DNA of 64,000 nucleotides from Candidatus Avimonas merdigallinarum (lineage in GTDB: Bacteria; Bacillota; Clostridia; Oscillospirales; Acutalibacteraceae). The notes under the pieces are model-generated. The model saw only the letters and a list, made by a program, of their open reading frames with translations. It searched no databases and was not told the DNA's origin. Within the stretch, counting starts at the first letter, position 1. Each line of letters opens with the position of its first letter. A program made the position numbers and the translations under genes. Shown here in pieces: positions 60,367 to 64,000 of this stretch. The DNA is taken from assembly GCA_904377855.1 (NCBI GenBank), contig CAJFGS010000001.1, forward strand, positions 42,538-106,537, read 5' to 3'.

Positions 60367-61506
60367 ATGTCCGATCCCTTTCAGGAAGTCCAGAAAGCCC
60401 CTACCCTGACGCTGACGCCCAATGAGGACGCCGCCCCCGCCCCTTCCGCAGCGGAAAAGGAGGAAACGCTCGCCCCCCTTGAAGAAACGCAGCTTTCGGC
60501 GGAGGAGCAGAAGATGGTGCAGGAGTTTATTCCTCAGATCGAACTGCGGGACTCCAACCTGGTGCTCCAATACGGTTCCGGCGCCCAGAAGAAAATCGCG
60601 GATTTTTCCCAGAACGTTCTGGAAGGGGTCCGTACCAAGGATTTGGGCGAGGTCGGGGAAATGCTCTCCGGCGTGGTAACCGAACTGAAAAACTTCGATG
60701 TGGAGGAAGAAAAGGGGCTTTTCGGCTTCTTCAAGCGCGGCTCCAACAAACTCAACGCGATGAAGGCCAAATACGCCAAAACGGAAGCGAACATTGATAA
60801 AATCTGCCAGGTGCTGGAGGACCATCAGGTTCAGCTGTTCAAGGACATCTCCCTGCTGGACAAGATGTATGAGCTCAACGCGGTTTACTTTAAGGAGCTC
60901 TGCCTGTATATCATCGCCGGCAAGAAAAAGCTGGAGATGGTGCGCGCCGGCGAACTCGCCGACCTCGTGGAAAAGGCGAAGCAGAGCGGCCTGCCGGAGG
61001 ATGCGCAGGCTGCCAACGATCTCGCCGCCCTGTGCGACCGCTTTGAGAAAAAGGTGCATGACCTGGAGCTCACCCGGATGATTTCCATCCAGATGGCCCC
61101 GCAGATCCGCATGGTGCAGAACAACGACACCATGATGTCGGACAAAATCCAGTCCACCCTGGTCAACACCATCCCCCTTTGGAAAAGCCAGATGGTGCTT
61201 GCCCTCGGGCTGGAAAACTCCCGGCAGGCAGCCGACGCGCAGCGGGCGGTCACCGACATGACCAACGAGCTGCTGCGGAAAAACGCGGACGCCTTGAAGA
61301 TGGCTTCGGTGGACATCGCCCGGGAATCGGAGCGCGGGATTGTGGACATCGAAACCCTGCAGCACACCAACGAGAGCCTGATTTCCACCCTGGACGAGGT
61401 AATCCAGATCCAGGCAGAAGGCCGCCAGAAGCGCCAGGAGGCGGAACAGGAGCTTTCCCGCCTGGAAACCGAACTGAAAAACAAGCTGCTGGACATCCGC
61501 AGATAA
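60367..61506 (+). CDS. telA: Toxic anion resistance protein TelA family
   Basis: 379 aa helical TelA/KlaA fold (SNLVLQYGSGAQKKIADFSQNVL...). Confidence 0.8.
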   Translation: MSDPFQEVQKAPTLTLTPNEDAAPAPSAAEKEETLAPLEETQLSAEEQKMVQEFIPQIELRDSNLVLQYGSGAQKKIADFSQNVLEGVRTKDLGEVGEMLSGVVTELKNFDVEEEKGLFGFFKRGSNKLNAMKAKYAKTEANIDKICQVLEDHQVQLFKDISLLDKMYELNAVYFKELCLYIIAGKKKLEMVRAGELADLVEKAKQSGLPEDAQAANDLAALCDRFEKKVHDLELTRMISIQMAPQIRMVQNNDTMMSDKIQSTLVNTIPLWKSQMVLALGLENSRQAADAQRAVTDMTNELLRKNADALKMASVDIARESERGIVDIETLQHTNESLISTLDEVIQIQAEGRQKRQEAEQELSRLETELKNKLLDIRR

Positions 61507-61518
61507 CCGATTCGAAGC

Positions 61519-61552
61519 GGCGGGATAAACGGGCGTTTATCCCGCCGTTTTC
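61519..61552 (+). terminator. Rho-independent terminator after telA
   Basis: GGCGGGATAAA-cgggcg-TTTATCCCGCC followed by GTTTTCC. Confidence 0.6.
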
Positions 61553-61939
61553 CTGCCCGCCTCCCCTTCCGGCGGCTTGCCGCTCGGGCAAAGCACCGCC
61601 GGGCAGGAGGAAACCCGGCGTGAAAGGCCGCCTCATCCCCATATCGGGAAGCCGGAAAAAGGAACCGATTTGCTTCCGTCCTGGATGGCCCCGGGAATTT
61701 TCTTCGCCTGTGTTGTTATACTATATGGGCAGGAAGTAAGATGTCTCAGCCGCAGGCCGGCGGACAGGTTCACCGCTGTCAAAGCCTCCGGCATCGGTAT
61801 CCGGCGGCGGAGCATGGGAGCGGAAGCGTCCCGGAAGGGGCGCCGATGCCGCCGGCGCTGAAGGATAAACGGTGATTCCCCGGGAAAGCGGCGCGTTTTC
61901 CTTCCTGCGAAACGAATTTCCGGAAAGGATGACGCCAGA

Positions 61940-62902
61940 ATGACAGCCAGCGACAGCCGCAAGGTGGTTTTAATCGGCACCGGCATGGTGGGGATGAGTT
62001 ACGCATACGCCCTGCTGAACCAGAACGCCTGCGACGAGCTTGTATTGATTGACCTCGACGCCGAGCGCGCCATGGGCGAAGCGATGGACCTCAACCACGG
62101 ATTGGCCTTTTCCTCCTCCAGCATGAAGATTTATGCGGGCAAATACGCCGACTGCGCCAGCGCGGATATTGTCGTCATCTGCGCCGGCGTCGCGCAGAAG
62201 CCGGGCGAATCCCGGCTGGATCTGCTGCAGCGCAACGCCGCTGTGTTCCGTTCGATCATCGGCCCAGTGACCGAGTCCGGCTTCAACGGCATCTTCCTGG
62301 TGGCGACCAATCCCGTGGATATCATGGCCCGGATTACCTGCACCCTGTCCGGCTTCAACCCGCGCCGGGTGCTCGGCAGCGGCACTGCGCTGGACACCGC
62401 CCGCCTGCGGTATCTGCTGGGCGATTACTTCTCGGTCGATCCCCGCAACATGCACGCCTACGTCATCGGCGAACATGGCGACAGCGAATTCGTCCCCTGG
62501 TCGCAGGCGATGATGGCCACCAAGCCCATTCTCACCCTTTGCGAGGAAACCGGGATCTGCCAATATGCCGACCTGGAAAACATCGCCGCGGAGGTGCGGG
62601 GAGCCGCCCAGAAAATTATCAAGGCAAAGCGGGCGACCTATTACGGCATCGGGATGGCCCTGGTCCGGATTACCAAAGCGATTTTCGGCAACGAAAACAG
62701 CGTGCTGACCGTTTCGGCGATGCTCCGGGGAGAATATGGAGACAGCGGGGAAAACGGCGTATTTGTCGGCGTCCCCTGCATCGTCAACCGCCGCGGGGTG
62801 CGCAAGGTGCTCACCTTATCCCTCTCCGACGAGGAAGCCCGGCGTTTTCACGCGTCCTGCCAAACCCTGCAGGATTCGTACAAGGAGCTGAACCTGCAAT
62901 AA
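61940..62902 (+). CDS. ldh: L-lactate dehydrogenase
   Basis: VVLIGTGMVGMSYAY NAD fold; catalytic region GEHGDS; 320 aa. Confidence 0.9.
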   Translation: MTASDSRKVVLIGTGMVGMSYAYALLNQNACDELVLIDLDAERAMGEAMDLNHGLAFSSSSMKIYAGKYADCASADIVVICAGVAQKPGESRLDLLQRNAAVFRSIIGPVTESGFNGIFLVATNPVDIMARITCTLSGFNPRRVLGSGTALDTARLRYLLGDYFSVDPRNMHAYVIGEHGDSEFVPWSQAMMATKPILTLCEETGICQYADLENIAAEVRGAAQKIIKAKRATYYGIGMALVRITKAIFGNENSVLTVSAMLRGEYGDSGENGVFVGVPCIVNRRGVRKVLTLSLSDEEARRFHASCQTLQDSYKELNLQ

Positions 62903-62966
62903 AACAATCCCCGGCGCCCGGCGGCCCGTCCCCGCCTTTCCTCTCAGGCCGCAGGACGCCGGGCAT

Positions 62967-63168
62967 CATGAGAGAATATGAGAGAACATGAGAGAACATG
63001 AGAGAACATGAGAGAACATGAGAGAACATGAGAGAACATGAGAGAACATGAGAGAACATGAGAGAACATGAGAGAAAACATGAGAGAACATGAGAGAACA
63101 TGAGAGAACATGAGAGAACATGAGAGAACATGAGAGAACATGAGAGAACATGAGAGAACATGAGAGAA
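62967..63168. repeat. Perfect decamer tandem array (CATGAGAGAA)x20 between ldh and GNAT gene
   Basis: 20 head-to-tail units of 10 bp; unit 2 has C>T; unit 11 is a 12-mer (CATGAGAGAAAA). The array ends 24 nt before the GNAT start codon (63192). Confidence 0.9.
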
Positions 63169-63191
63169 CATGGAAAAAAGGAGGGAATCCC

Positions 63192-63725
63192 ATGCCTTTC
63201 TTGATTCGGGAACTTGAGGAAGACGAAATCCAGCGGCCGCTCTTCCGGCACTTTTCGCGCCGCCAGGTAGTACGGCAATGCCTGCGCAGGCGGGATGGGC
63301 TGTGGACGGCGGAGGAAGCGCCCTTCATAGACGATTGGAACGACGAGAACTACGCCTTTTTAACGGAATGCCTGCGCAATACGGTACATACCGGCGGCGC
63401 GGTGTTTGCCGCATTCCAGGACGGGCAGCTCAAGGGCTTTGCCTCGGTGGAAGCGGCGCTGTTCGGCTCCCGCGGGGAATACATGGACCTCTCCTCCCTG
63501 CACGTGTCGGAGGAACTCCGCGGGCGGGGAGCCGGCCGCCGCCTTTTCCTGAGGGCGGCGGCCTGGGCGAAGGAGCACGGCGCGAAAAAGCTGTACATTT
63601 CCTCCCACCCCGCCGTGGAAACCCAGGCGTTTTATCAGGCCATGGGCTGCGTGGATGCGGCCGAAATCCACGCGGGTCACGCCCAGGAGGAGCCGCTCGA
63701 CCGCCCGTTGGAATACCGCTTATAG
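63192..63725 (+). CDS. GNAT-family N-acetyltransferase
   Basis: Start MPFLIREL after AAAAGGAGGG; acetyl-CoA motif A VSEELRGRGAGRRLF. Confidence 0.8.
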   Translation: MPFLIRELEEDEIQRPLFRHFSRRQVVRQCLRRRDGLWTAEEAPFIDDWNDENYAFLTECLRNTVHTGGAVFAAFQDGQLKGFASVEAALFGSRGEYMDLSSLHVSEELRGRGAGRRLFLRAAAWAKEHGAKKLYISSHPAVETQAFYQAMGCVDAAEIHAGHAQEEPLDRPLEYRL

Positions 63726-63915
63726 GGAGCCTCCCGTTTTTTCTCCCTCTCCGCGCGGCGGGCGGCTTTTTGCTGAGGATCGCCCAGCTGCCATCGCTTC
63801 CCGGCGGCAGGGGAAAGCGGCCTGCATCGAGTGAATTGTCAAACTAAGAGCAACAGGAAAAGAGTTCAAAGTTCCATAAATCCTGAGCGGAATGGAAATT
63901 TAAGACTTTACGAGG

Positions 63916-63946
63916 CCTGGCGTTAATCAACGCCAGGTTTCGTTTT
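63916..63946 (+). terminator. Rho-independent terminator about 190 nt downstream of the GNAT gene
   Basis: CCTGGCGTT-aatc-AACGCCAGG followed by TTTCGTTTT. Confidence 0.6.
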
Positions 63947-64000
63947 AGAGTGGCGGGAGCAACGTGGGAAAGATTTCTACCCTTTGGGTAAAACTCCCGG

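Noticed and set aside
62967-63168. Possible CRISPR array
   Set aside because: Units are contiguous 10-mers with no spacers, and there are no cas genes.
62811-63328. Minus-strand ORFs encoding MFSHVLSCSL repeats
   Set aside because: Artefact of translating the decamer tandem array; no start context.
1-64000. tRNA, rRNA, transposase or integrase genes
   Set aside because: None recognisable by eye. The low-GC patches lack flanking direct repeats or recombinase genes within the window.

Overview
This is a high-GC (about 60-65%) Firmicutes/Clostridia-type chromosomal segment, coding mainly on the minus strand. I found no rRNA, tRNA, CRISPR or transposase genes.

Recognisable housekeeping genes are a partial HemZ-like radical SAM gene, an MBL-fold hydrolase, dtd, relA/spoT, recJ, cdaA-cdaR, a class-V cysteine desulfurase with a DUF3343 partner, queA, potABCD, two polar amino-acid ABC systems, a heterodimeric ABC exporter pair, NfeD-flotillin, a P2-type ATPase, cca, apbE, xpaC-telA and ldh. 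An accessory-looking block at 14.4-21 kb carries lipoprotein alpha/beta hydrolases, flavodoxin-family proteins, a disrupted aldo/keto reductase and a LysR regulator.

The most interesting locus is a compact plus-strand cluster at 49.99-53.96 kb. It encodes a PAS-less, sensory-type [FeFe]-hydrogenase-like protein with a SACP L1 motif and a C-terminal Cx2Cx4Cx16C motif. Around it sit two small DRTGG paralogs, a RsbW-like GHKL Ser/Thr kinase, a tail-anchored mini-protein and a PHP phosphoesterase. Together they look like an hfs-like, possibly H2/redox-sensing, non-canonical partner-switching module.

Other notable items:
- a perfect 20-copy decamer tandem array (CATGAGAGAA) between ldh and a GNAT gene;
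- an aldo/keto reductase whose N-terminus is replaced out of frame by the first ~17 codons of a YqhD-like Fe-alcohol dehydrogenase;
- small low-GC islands, one carrying a gene interrupted at a T5 homopolymer;
- several consensus-like sigma-A promoters with palindromic operators.
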